Below are positions 1 through 9,210 of a stretch of 64,000 nt of DNA, piece by piece (within the stretch, counting starts at the first letter, position 1; each line of letters begins with the position of its first letter). The DNA lies in NCBI GenBank assembly GCA_016868035.1, contig VGID01000005.1, positions 26,017-90,016 on the forward strand, read 5' to 3'. Source of the DNA: Betaproteobacteria bacterium. Its GTDB lineage: Bacteria > Pseudomonadota > Gammaproteobacteria > Burkholderiales > SG8-41. The notes under the pieces were generated by a model, which did not search any database, was not told the origin of the DNA, and saw nothing but the letters and a program-made list of their open reading frames with translations. Both the position numbers and the translations under genes were made by a program.

Positions 1-1
1 G

Positions 2-1255
2 GGAATCCGGGTCCGGCGCGCGAGCAACGTCGGCAACAAGATCTTCGTGGACGGCAACAGCGCGACAGCGCTCGGCGCGATCTACGGCGGCGCGACGGTG
101 TGCGCGTGGTATCCGATCACGCCGTCCTCCTCTCTCGCCGAAGCGTTCATCGGGCAGTGCCAGAAACACCGCGTGGACCCCGCCACCGGCAAGCACCGCT
201 ACGCCATCATCCAGGGCGAGGACGAGCTCGCTTCGGTCGGGATCGCGATCGGTGCCGGGTGGAACGGGGCGCGCGCCTTCACGTGCACTTCGGGGCCCGG
301 GATTTCATTGATGGCGGAATTCATCGGGCTCGCCTATTTCGCCGAGATTCCCGTCGTGATCGTCGACGTGCAGCGCGGCGGGCCGGCGACCGGCATGCCC
401 ACGCGCACCCAGCAGTCCGACGTGCTCGCGTGCGCGTACGCGTCGCACGGCGACACCAAGCACGTGTTGCTCTTCCCCGAGGACCCCGGCGAGTGCTTCG
501 AGTTCGCGGCATACGCCTTCGACCTCGCCGACCGGCTGCAGACGCCGGTGTTCGTGATGAGCGATCTCGATATCGGCATGAACACGCGCCTGACCAATCC
601 GCTGCAGTGGGACGACACCCGCCTCTACGACCGCGGCAAGGTGATGGGCTATGCGGAGCTGGAAGCCGGCAAGGACTTCGGCCGCTATCTCGACGTGGAC
701 GGCGACGGCATTCCGTACCGCACCTACCCCGGCACGCATCCGGCCCGCGGCGCGTACTTCACGCGCGGCACGACCAAGGACCGCTACGCGCGCTACAGCG
801 AGGCGGGGCCCGATTACGTGGACAACATGCAGCGGCTGCTGCGCAAGCTCGAGACCGCGAAGAACCTGGTGCCCAAGCCCGTGCTCTACCCGGCGGACAA
901 GCCGGCGCGTTTCGGCGCCATCTTCTATGGCTCGACCAGCCCCGCCATGCAGGAAGCGCTCGACGTGCTCGGGAGCCGCGGGATCCACATCAACGCGCTG
1001 CGCGTGCGCGGTTTCCCCTTTCAGGAGGAAATCGCGGATTTTGTGGCCGCCCATCCGTGGGTGTTCGTGGTCGAGCAGAACCGCGACGCGCAGCTGAAGA
1101 CCCTTCTCGTGAACGAGGCCCGGGTCAACGCGAGCCGGCTGATCCCGGTGCTGCACTACGACGGCACCCCGATTACCGCGCGCTTCATCACCGACCAGAT
1201 CGCGCAGCACGCGGGGGCCCGCACCGTGGTGCCGCTCAAGAAGGTGGGCGCGTAG
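2..1255 (+). CDS. korA: 2-oxoacid (2-oxoglutarate):ferredoxin oxidoreductase alpha subunit; 5' end outside window
   Basis: Frame is open from base 2. Motifs DGNSATALGAIYGGATVCAWYPITPSSSLAE and GPGISLMAEFIGLAYFAEIPVVIVDVQRGGPATGMPT are typical of 2-oxoacid:ferredoxin oxidoreductase alpha subunits. The beta subunit gene follows 28 nt downstream. Confidence 0.85.
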   Translation, partial: GIRVRRASNVGNKIFVDGNSATALGAIYGGATVCAWYPITPSSSLAEAFIGQCQKHRVDPATGKHRYAIIQGEDELASVGIAIGAGWNGARAFTCTSGPGISLMAEFIGLAYFAEIPVVIVDVQRGGPATGMPTRTQQSDVLACAYASHGDTKHVLLFPEDPGECFEFAAYAFDLADRLQTPVFVMSDLDIGMNTRLTNPLQWDDTRLYDRGKVMGYAELEAGKDFGRYLDVDGDGIPYRTYPGTHPARGAYFTRGTTKDRYARYSEAGPDYVDNMQRLLRKLETAKNLVPKPVLYPADKPARFGAIFYGSTSPAMQEALDVLGSRGIHINALRVRGFPFQEEIADFVAAHPWVFVVEQNRDAQLKTLLVNEARVNASRLIPVLHYDGTPITARFITDQIAQHAGARTVVPLKKVGA

Positions 1256-1282
1256 TTCAGGATTGAGGACCGAGGTAACCGC

Positions 1283-2338
1283 ATGACGTATATCGCCAAA
1301 CCCAAACTGCACCATCCGGCCCTGGTGAAGAACAAGGTCGGCTATACGCGCCGCGATTACGAGGGCAACATCTCGACGCTGTGCGCCGGCTGCGGCCACG
1401 ATTCGATCAGCGCCGCGATCATCCAGGCGTGCTGGGAGCTCGACATCGAGCCGCACAAGGTCGCCAAGCTCTCGGGCATCGGCTGCTCCTCGAAGACTCC
1501 GACCTATTTCCTCGGCAAGTCACACGGCTTCAACAGCGTGCACGGGCGCATGCCTTCGGTGCTCACGGGCGCGAACCTCGCGAACCGCGACCTCATCTAC
1601 ATGGGGGTGTCCGGAGACGGCGATTCCGCCTCGATCGGGCTCGGGCAGTTCGCCCACTGCATGCGGCGCGGAGTCAACATGGTCTACATCGTCGAGAACA
1701 ACGGCGTCTACGGGCTCACCAAGGGGCAGTTCTCGGCCACCGTGGACAAGGGCTCCAAGTCGAAGCGCGGCGTGGTCAACACCGACGAGCCGATCGACAT
1801 GATCGGGCTCGCGCTGCTGCTTGGCGCGACCTTCGTCGCGCGCAGCTTCTCTGGGGACAAGGCGCAGCTCGTGCCGCTGGTGAAGGCGGCGATCCAGCAC
1901 AAGGGCGCGGCATTCATCGACGTCATCTCACCGTGCGTTGCGTTCAACAATCACCCGGGCTCGACCAAGAGCTACGACTATCTGCGCGAGCACAACGAGG
2001 CGGTGAACCGACTCGACTTTATCGAAGCTCGCGAGGAAATCACGGCGGAGTACGAACCGGGATCGGTCGTGGAGGTGACGCAGCACGACGGCTCGATCGT
2101 GCGCCTGCGAAAGCTCGCGGCGGATTACGACCCCACGGATCGCATCAAGGTGATGACCTACCTGCAGGAACGCGCGGCCGCTGGCGAAGTGGTGACCGGT
2201 CTGCTCTACCTCGACCCCAAGGCCGACGACCTGCACGGGTATCTCGAAACTGCGGATACACCGCTCAACCGTCTGGGCGAGCGCGAGCTTTGCCCGGGGA
2301 GCGTGACGCTCGAGCGCATCAACGCTTCGCTGCGCTAG
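1283..2338 (+). CDS. korB: 2-oxoacid (2-oxoglutarate):ferredoxin oxidoreductase beta subunit (TPP-binding)
   Basis: 351-aa ORF with CAGCGHDSISAAIIQA and GVSGDGDSASIGLGQFAH (GDG TPP motif); adjacent to korA. Confidence 0.85.
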   Translation: MTYIAKPKLHHPALVKNKVGYTRRDYEGNISTLCAGCGHDSISAAIIQACWELDIEPHKVAKLSGIGCSSKTPTYFLGKSHGFNSVHGRMPSVLTGANLANRDLIYMGVSGDGDSASIGLGQFAHCMRRGVNMVYIVENNGVYGLTKGQFSATVDKGSKSKRGVVNTDEPIDMIGLALLLGATFVARSFSGDKAQLVPLVKAAIQHKGAAFIDVISPCVAFNNHPGSTKSYDYLREHNEAVNRLDFIEAREEITAEYEPGSVVEVTQHDGSIVRLRKLAADYDPTDRIKVMTYLQERAAAGEVVTGLLYLDPKADDLHGYLETADTPLNRLGERELCPGSVTLERINASLR

Positions 2339-2352
2339 CGCTGCGCGTCCAG

Positions 2353-2847
2353 CCGCGGCCTCTGATCGAATAGTCGCGATACGGAGAGATCACGCTGTCG
2401 GCTGCCTGCGCGCCTACCCGCTCCAGCCCGCGGCAGTCCGAGTCCGGCGCGCCCTACTTGGGTCGCATCCCCGCGCAAGCGCGAGGCCCCTGCTCCGCCC
2501 TCCGGCACCGCGGCCTCTGATCTATCATCGCGAGACTTCCACGCGGCCGTGTCGGCCGCCTGCGCGCCTGCGGGGTCGCATCCCCGCGCAAGCGCGAGGC
2601 CCCTGCTCCGCCCTCCGGCACCGCGGCCTCTGATCTATCATCGCGAGACTTCCACGCGGCCGTGTCGGCCGCCTGCGCGCCTGCGGGGTCGCATCCCCGC
2701 GCAAGCGCGAGGCCCCTGCTCCGCCCTCCGGCACCGCGGCCTCTGATCTATCATCGCGAGACTTCCACGCGGCCGTGTCGGCCGCCTGCGCGCCTGCGGG
2801 GTCGCATCCCCGCGCAAGCGCGAGGCCCCTGCTCCGCCCTCCGGCAC
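2353..2847. repeat. 113-bp tandem repeat: three identical full units (2461-2573, 2574-2686, 2687-2799), a 48-bp partial unit (2800-2847) and a degenerate leading copy (about 2353-2460)
   Basis: Units read directly. ORF-track entries 2525..2734 and 2638..2847 give identical 69-aa translations offset by exactly 113 nt. Each unit carries GC hairpins (GCGGGG-tcgcat-CCCCGC; CGCGC-aa-GCGCG). Confidence 0.9.
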
Positions 2848-2848
2848 G

Positions 2849-3193
2849 CTACCTCAACTTGATCGCGAGGCCGTAGCAGTAATACCCCCTGGAGAACCAG
2901 GCGCCCTCGTCGTTGAGGCAGTGCACATTGACGATGGCGTCCGCGCCCGCACGTGCGGCCTCTGCGCCAAGGGCGGCGATCGCAGCCCCCGCGTCCGGCT
3001 GCCCCGGTATCCAGAACGCCGAGCGCCACGTGTCCGCCCACACGCGGCGGACCACCGTGTAGCGGTCCAGCGTCAGCTCTCCTGTGTCGAACACCCGGAT
3101 TGGCGCAGCCGGCTGCGCCGCAGCCGCAGCGCCCGCGAACCACATGACCGCGATGAGAGCTGCGGCTCGTGCCGGGCCCGTAACGTATCTCAC
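2849..3193 (-). CDS. small exported protein of unknown function
   Basis: 114-aa ORF with an N-terminal signal-like segment (AAALIAVMWFAGAAAAAQP); no recognisable catalytic motif. Confidence 0.45.
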   Translation of the reverse strand: MRYVTGPARAAALIAVMWFAGAAAAAQPAAPIRVFDTGELTLDRYTVVRRVWADTWRSAFWIPGQPDAGAAIAALGAEAARAGADAIVNVHCLNDEGAWFSRGYYCYGLAIKLR

Positions 3194-3358
3194 GGCATCC
3201 CCTCCATTCGCCCCGCTAGCTTAACGCGCGGACACCGGGATGGTAACAAAGCCCGGTGGTGGTGGCGTCCGGCCCGCCCGCGCGATGAGCGGTGCGGAGA
3301 CATACGGCTCGATCGCGCGGTGATAAACCGGCGCTGCCTCACGCAGCGTCCGGATTGA

Positions 3359-4816
<1,458 letters not shown>

Positions 4817-4850
4817 AACGGTCCTCCTTCAGGTTTAACCTTCCGGACAA

Positions 4851-4867
4851 AGCAAGATACATTCCCA
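4851..4867 (-). promoter_or_regulatory. candidate sigma-54 (-24/-12) promoter for amt
   Basis: Minus strand reads TGGGAATGTATCTTGCT. This gives GG-N10-GC with a conserved TTGC at -12, about 35 nt upstream of ATG 4816. It is only a partial match to TGGCACG-N4-TTGCW. Confidence 0.35.
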
Positions 4868-4917
4868 ATGATGATGTCCTTGATTTCACGCATTTTCTGA
4901 CCAAAACGGCCCGCAGC

Positions 4918-4936
4918 ATGCACAGAAGTTGTGCAT
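4918..4936. promoter_or_regulatory. NtrC-type enhancer site (TGCAC-N7-GTGCA palindrome)
   Basis: ATGCACAgaagtTGTGCAT is a perfect inverted repeat matching the half-site spacing of the NtrC consensus TGCACCAnnnTGGTGCA. Confidence 0.45.
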
Positions 4937-4949
4937 TTCCAGAAAATCG

Positions 4950-4966
4950 AGCACTGATATAGTGCG
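4950..4966. promoter_or_regulatory. second, weaker NtrC-type site (GCAC-N7-GTGC)
   Basis: aGCACtgatataGTGCg; its centre lies 31 bp (about 3 helical turns) from the first site. Confidence 0.35.
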
Positions 4967-5091
4967 GACTCGCAGCCACCCCCCTGCGCACTCCAAAGAA
5001 CTAGACCCAAATTCAAATACGCGACGTAAGCCATTGAAAGATTTGTATCTCTCGTTTATAGTCGCGCAACGCACATTCACCACACAAAAGA

Positions 5092-6912
5092 ATGTCCACC
5101 GTCCGCACCGCCATCCGCATCACCGACCGCCGGCTTGATTTCGCGCAGGTGCTGGCCGACCTCGTCGAGGACGAACTGGTGGCGAAAGAGGTAGCCGATC
5201 AGCTCTGCCGGGACCGGCGCCTGTCGCGAAGCGAGACGCACCCCCTGGTCGTCATCGCCGACCAGAAGTGGAAGGACCCGCGCACTCCGGGCAAGCTGCT
5301 CAACCTCGAGACGCTCACCAAGTGGCTGGCAGAAAGGGTGAAGCTGCCCTACCTGCACATCGACCCGTTCAAGATCGATTTCGCAGCGGTCACCAAGGTG
5401 ATGTCGAGCGCCTACGCGGAGCGCTTCCGGATCCTGCCCGTCGGCGTCACGGCGAACGAGGCGACGATCGCCACCTGCGAGCCCTACGTGCGCGAATGGG
5501 AGGAGTCCCTCAAGCAGGTGCTGCGTCTCGACATCCGGCGCGTGATCGCGAACCCCCTCGACATCCAGGGCTACATCGTCGAGTTCTACAACCTCGCGCG
5601 CTCGGTCAAGGGCGCGACCGAGCAGGAGAAGGGCGCCTACAGCCAGATCGCCAATTTCGAGCAACTGGTGCAGCTCGGGCGCAGCGGCAAGCTCGACGCC
5701 AACGACCAGCACATCGTCCATATCTGCGACTGGTTGTTCAATTACGCATTCGAGCAGCGCGCAAGCGACATCCACCTCGAACCGAGGCGCGACGCGGGCA
5801 ACGTGCGCTTCCGCATCGACGGCGTGCTGCACCAGGTGTACCAGATCCCGACCCCGGTGATGGCCGCGATGACAAGCCGTATCAAGGTGCTGGGCCGCAT
5901 GGACGTGGTGGAGAAGCGCCGCCCGCAGGACGGGCGGCTGAAGACCGTAACGCCGCACAACGACGAGGTGGAGCTGCGGTTGTCCACGATGCCCACCGCG
6001 TTCGGCGAGAAGCTCGTCATGCGCGTCTTCAACCCCGACAACATGGTCAAGGACTACCGCGATCTCGGCTTCTCGGAGGACGACGAGCAGAAGTGGAACC
6101 ACATGGTGAACCAGCCCCACGGCATCATCCTGGTGACGGGGCCGACGGGCTCGGGCAAGACGACCACCCTCTATTCCACCCTCAAGCAGCTCGCTCTGCC
6201 GGACGTGAACGTATGCACCGTGGAGGATCCGATCGAGATGGTCGAGCCCTCCTTCAACCAGATGCAGGTGCAGGCATCGATCGGGGTGGATTTCGCGAGC
6301 GGCATACGCACCCTGCTGCGCCAGGATCCGGACATCATCATGGTGGGCGAGATCCGCGACCTGGAGACCGCCGAAATGGCCATCCGCGCGGCGCTGACCG
6401 GGCACCGGGTGCTGTCCACGCTGCACACCAACGACGCGCCCTCCGCGATCACGCGGCTGCTCGACATCGGCGTGCCGTACTATCTGCTGCAGTCCACCAT
6501 CCTGGGCGTCATGGCGCAGCGGCTGCTGCGCACCCTGTGCCGGCACTGCAAGACGCACCATAGCCTCGAGGAATCAGCCTGGGAGCACCTCACTACGCCG
6601 TGGAGAGCGCCCAAGCCCAAGGAAACCACCTGTGTCGCCAAGGGCTGCCTCGAGTGCCGCATGACGGGCTACATGGGCCGCATTGGCATCTACGAGACGA
6701 TGGTGCTGACGCCCGAGCTCAAGAAGGCAATCAGCGCGGAGACCGATCTCGCGGCGCTACAGGACAGGGCCTACAAGGAAGGCATGAAGCCGCTGCGCAT
6801 CAACGGCGCGATGAAGGTCGCGGCGGGGCTCACGACCATAGACGAGGTGATGAAGGTCGTTCCGCCGCCGCAGGGCGACCGGCGGCACCTGCCGCGCCGT
6901 ATCCATGAATAG
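5092..6912 (+). CDS. GspE/PilB-family secretion ATPase (type II secretion / type IV pilus-like) with N-terminal T2SSE_N-like region
   Basis: 606 aa with Walker A GPTGSGKTTTLYS, MVGEIRDLETA, and tetracysteine CRHC...CLEC followed by GYMGRIGIYE. Confidence 0.85.
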   Translation: MSTVRTAIRITDRRLDFAQVLADLVEDELVAKEVADQLCRDRRLSRSETHPLVVIADQKWKDPRTPGKLLNLETLTKWLAERVKLPYLHIDPFKIDFAAVTKVMSSAYAERFRILPVGVTANEATIATCEPYVREWEESLKQVLRLDIRRVIANPLDIQGYIVEFYNLARSVKGATEQEKGAYSQIANFEQLVQLGRSGKLDANDQHIVHICDWLFNYAFEQRASDIHLEPRRDAGNVRFRIDGVLHQVYQIPTPVMAAMTSRIKVLGRMDVVEKRRPQDGRLKTVTPHNDEVELRLSTMPTAFGEKLVMRVFNPDNMVKDYRDLGFSEDDEQKWNHMVNQPHGIILVTGPTGSGKTTTLYSTLKQLALPDVNVCTVEDPIEMVEPSFNQMQVQASIGVDFASGIRTLLRQDPDIIMVGEIRDLETAEMAIRAALTGHRVLSTLHTNDAPSAITRLLDIGVPYYLLQSTILGVMAQRLLRTLCRHCKTHHSLEESAWEHLTTPWRAPKPKETTCVAKGCLECRMTGYMGRIGIYETMVLTPELKKAISAETDLAALQDRAYKEGMKPLRINGAMKVAAGLTTIDEVMKVVPPPQGDRRHLPRRIHE

Positions 6913-7044
6913 GGATTAGAACCGATTTCATATATAGGCTCCAGTGAGCGGCAAGAGCGACGACGACCGCGCTCTTCGAACGTTCAGCATTTCCCATCCT
7001 GAAGAGAGCAAGAAACGGGTTGGCGGCGCGCGGCGCGAGCGTTT

Positions 7045-7962
7045 ATGCTGCCTGCCATGCTCACGGAAACCCTGCCCGGCACCGGAACGGCGCCCGGCTC
7101 GCGCGATTACGAACGCATCGCCCGGGCGATCGAGTTCCTGCGGCGTCACGCGCTCGAACAGCCCGATCTCGCCGCGGTGGCCCGCCGCGTGCATCTTTCC
7201 GAATTCCACCTGCAGCGCCTGTTCACCCGCTGGGCGGGCGTGAGCCCGAAGCGCTTTCTGCAGTTCCTTACCGTCGAGCACGCGAAGGCGCGGCTCGCCG
7301 CGGGCAGGAGCGTGCTCGGCCTCGCCGTGGATGTCGGGCTGTCCGGGCCCGGACGGCTGCACGATCTCTTCGTGGGGCTCGAGGCAATGACGCCGGGAGA
7401 ACTGCGCGCCGGCGGGCGCGGCGTGCAATTGCGGATCGGCGCCTGTAATACGCCGTTTGGGCGCTGCGCGATCGCCCTCACCGCTCGCGGCATCTGCGCG
7501 ATGCGTTTTGCAGACGAGGCGACGGACGGCGGCTTCGCGCGCTGGTTGCGTGCACGCTGGCCGCAGGCCGAGATGCGCGCGGAACCGGACGCAATCGCCG
7601 CGCTCGGAGATCGCATCTTCGGTCCGTTGGCTGCCGGCGCGCACGCGCCCCTGACGGTATTGGTGAAGGGCACGAATTTCCAGATACAGGTGTGGCGCGC
7701 GCTGCTCGAGGTGCCACGCGGACTCGTCACGACCTATCGCGATCTTGCCGCGCGCGCCGGGCGCCCCGGCGCTGCGCGCGCCGTCGGCTCCGCGGTCGCC
7801 GCGAATCCCGTCGCCTATCTCATCCCCTGTCATCGCGTGATCCGCGCGACCGGCATGCTGGGAGGCTACCGCTGGGGCGAGACCCGCAAGGCGGCGATCC
7901 TGGCTTGGGAGGCTGCGCACGCCATTGAATCCGTGCGGCAAACGGTAAACGGGGAACGGTGA
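7045..7962 (+). CDS. AraC-HTH-fused methylated-DNA--protein-cysteine methyltransferase (Ada-like, lacking the N-terminal zinc domain)
   Basis: HLSEFHLQRLFTRWAGVSPKRFLQFL (AraC HTH) plus the PCHRVIRATGMLGGYRWG alkyl-acceptor motif. The last 7 codons and the TGA stop are supplied by a heptamer array. Confidence 0.85.
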   Translation: MLPAMLTETLPGTGTAPGSRDYERIARAIEFLRRHALEQPDLAAVARRVHLSEFHLQRLFTRWAGVSPKRFLQFLTVEHAKARLAAGRSVLGLAVDVGLSGPGRLHDLFVGLEAMTPGELRAGGRGVQLRIGACNTPFGRCAIALTARGICAMRFADEATDGGFARWLRARWPQAEMRAEPDAIAALGDRIFGPLAAGAHAPLTVLVKGTNFQIQVWRALLEVPRGLVTTYRDLAARAGRPGAARAVGSAVAANPVAYLIPCHRVIRATGMLGGYRWGETRKAAILAWEAAHAIESVRQTVNGER

Positions 7963-7975
7963 ACGGTGAACGGTA
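7941..7975. repeat. heptamer array AACGGTG x5 (GTGAACG family)
   Basis: aacggta aacgggg aacggtg aacggtg aacggta; contains the ada-like stop codon (7960-7962). Confidence 0.9.
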
Positions 7976-8033
7976 GAATGCGAAAGTTCTGACCGCGCGA
8001 CCATGCGAAGAGGAGCCTCCGGCATTCTCCTTC

Positions 8034-8065
8034 AACCGTTTACCGATCACCGCTCACCGTTCACC
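8034..8065. repeat. inverted partner array CACCGTT x4.5
   Basis: aaccgtt taccgat caccgct caccgtt cacc, ending 1 nt before ATG 8066. An inner inverted pair agaatgc (7974-7980) / gcattct (8022-8028) extends the potential hairpin. Confidence 0.85.
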
Positions 8066-8494
8066 ATGAAAGACACGCTCAAGCCCGGCCTGACCCATCA
8101 GTTCAAGTTCAAAATACCGCGGACCAAAACCGTTCCGCACCTCTATCCCGAGTCCGAGATGTTCCAGCAGATGCCGGACGTGCTGGCGACCGGTTACCTG
8201 GTCGGGCTGATGGAGTGGGCGTGCATCGAGGCGTTGAAGCCCCATCTCGACTGGCCGCGCGAGCAGTCGCTCGGCACGCACGTCAACTTCTCGCACCTCG
8301 CTGCGACGCCCCCGGGGCTCACGGTCACGGTCGAGGTGCGGCTCGACAAGATGCAGGGGCGAAAGCTCGGCTTCTACCTCACGGCGCATGATGGCGTGGA
8401 CAAGATCGCAGAGGGCACGCACGAGCGCGTCGTCATCGACGCCGCGAGGTTCAACGCGAAGATCGGCGAGAAATCCCGCACCGCCGCGGGCTGA
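8066..8494 (+). CDS. hotdog-fold thioesterase (fluoroacetyl-CoA thioesterase-like)
   Basis: 142 aa from MKDTLKPGLTHQFKFKI; GYLVGLMEWACIEAL and the overall pattern fit the thioesterase superfamily. The upstream part of ORF 8003 is a translated repeat. Confidence 0.65.
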   Translation: MKDTLKPGLTHQFKFKIPRTKTVPHLYPESEMFQQMPDVLATGYLVGLMEWACIEALKPHLDWPREQSLGTHVNFSHLAATPPGLTVTVEVRLDKMQGRKLGFYLTAHDGVDKIAEGTHERVVIDAARFNAKIGEKSRTAAG

Positions 8495-8566
8495 GCGCTT
8501 CCGGGCCGAAGAATCAGCGGCTAGTCCGATCTTGAGTTCTGGATCGAGCGCGACGCCGGTGTCACC

Positions 8567-9160
8567 TCAGTCGAATTTTGCAGGCGATGAGAACGGCCGG
8601 GCGGCGTCCACCACGAACATCACGAGCTGATCCAAGTCGGTGGCGCCGGCACTGAACACTTCCATCGGCGTGTCGGCGGCATGTCCATTCATGGATCGAC
8701 CGGCGTCCGCATAGCTCACACCGTGCGGAGTCTTCTGGCCCAACCGCCCGGCCAGCACGTAAAAGGCTTCCGAGCCCGGATGAGTGTGCACCGGGGTCTT
8801 GGCCCCCCCCGGACCGCCGGCGCGGTTGATTCGCAGCAGGTACTCGGACGCGCTGATCGGCGGCACCGGCCCGACCTCCGCAACCTTGCTTCCACCGGGG
8901 GTCGAGCCGCCTTTCGGCCCAAGCGTGAAGAGCCACACCCTCCCCGCCGCTTCCGCGGCGAGCGAGGTCGGGCCCGCGGCGGCCTCGGCCTGCGCGAGCG
9001 TGGGGAAGTTCTCGAGCCGCCAGTACAGGACTCCGGACGGCAGCTGCTTCACCTTCTTCTCGGCCACCGGCTTGATGTCGAATTTCTGCGCCGCCGCCGG
9101 TTGCGACAAGCCGAGCGCGAGGGCGGTCATGGACAGGGCAATAGCTGTCTGCAGTTTCAT
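8567..9160 (-). CDS. exported cupin-domain protein
   Basis: Signal peptide MKLQTAIALSMTALALGLSQPAAAQ; cupin motif HTHPGSEAFYVLAGRL. Confidence 0.6.
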   Translation of the reverse strand: MKLQTAIALSMTALALGLSQPAAAQKFDIKPVAEKKVKQLPSGVLYWRLENFPTLAQAEAAAGPTSLAAEAAGRVWLFTLGPKGGSTPGGSKVAEVGPVPPISASEYLLRINRAGGPGGAKTPVHTHPGSEAFYVLAGRLGQKTPHGVSYADAGRSMNGHAADTPMEVFSAGATDLDQLVMFVVDAARPFSSPAKFD

Positions 9161-9210
9161 GGTTGTCTCCTTCACTTCGTTAGAGGCCCCGATGCGGTTC
9201 AGGGCACGAG

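Noticed and set aside
2461-2847. Possible CRISPR array suggested by regularly spaced identical segments
   Set aside because: The 113-bp units are contiguous and fully identical with no unique spacers, and no cas genes are nearby. It is a plain tandem repeat.
2525-2862. Four 65-69-aa ORFs (two identical pairs) in the ORF track
   Set aside because: They are translations of the 113-bp tandem repeat on both strands. The identical proteins are offset by one repeat unit and have Arg/Pro/Ala-rich composition with no start signals.
4889-4904. Second sigma-54-like element TTGGTCAGAAAATGCG on the minus strand upstream of amt
   Set aside because: GG and GC are separated by 9 nt rather than the required 10. 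The element at 4851-4867 has the correct spacing.
5077-6561. Long antisense ORFs opposite well-supported genes (also 305..1456, 21733..22986, 31601..33568, 35996..37489, 39117..41078, 44125..45630, 56280..57761, 61032..62591, 62676..63842)
   Set aside because: These are typical stop-poor shadow frames of GC-rich DNA. Their translations are Arg/Gly/Ala/His-rich without motifs, whereas the opposite strand encodes clearly recognisable proteins.
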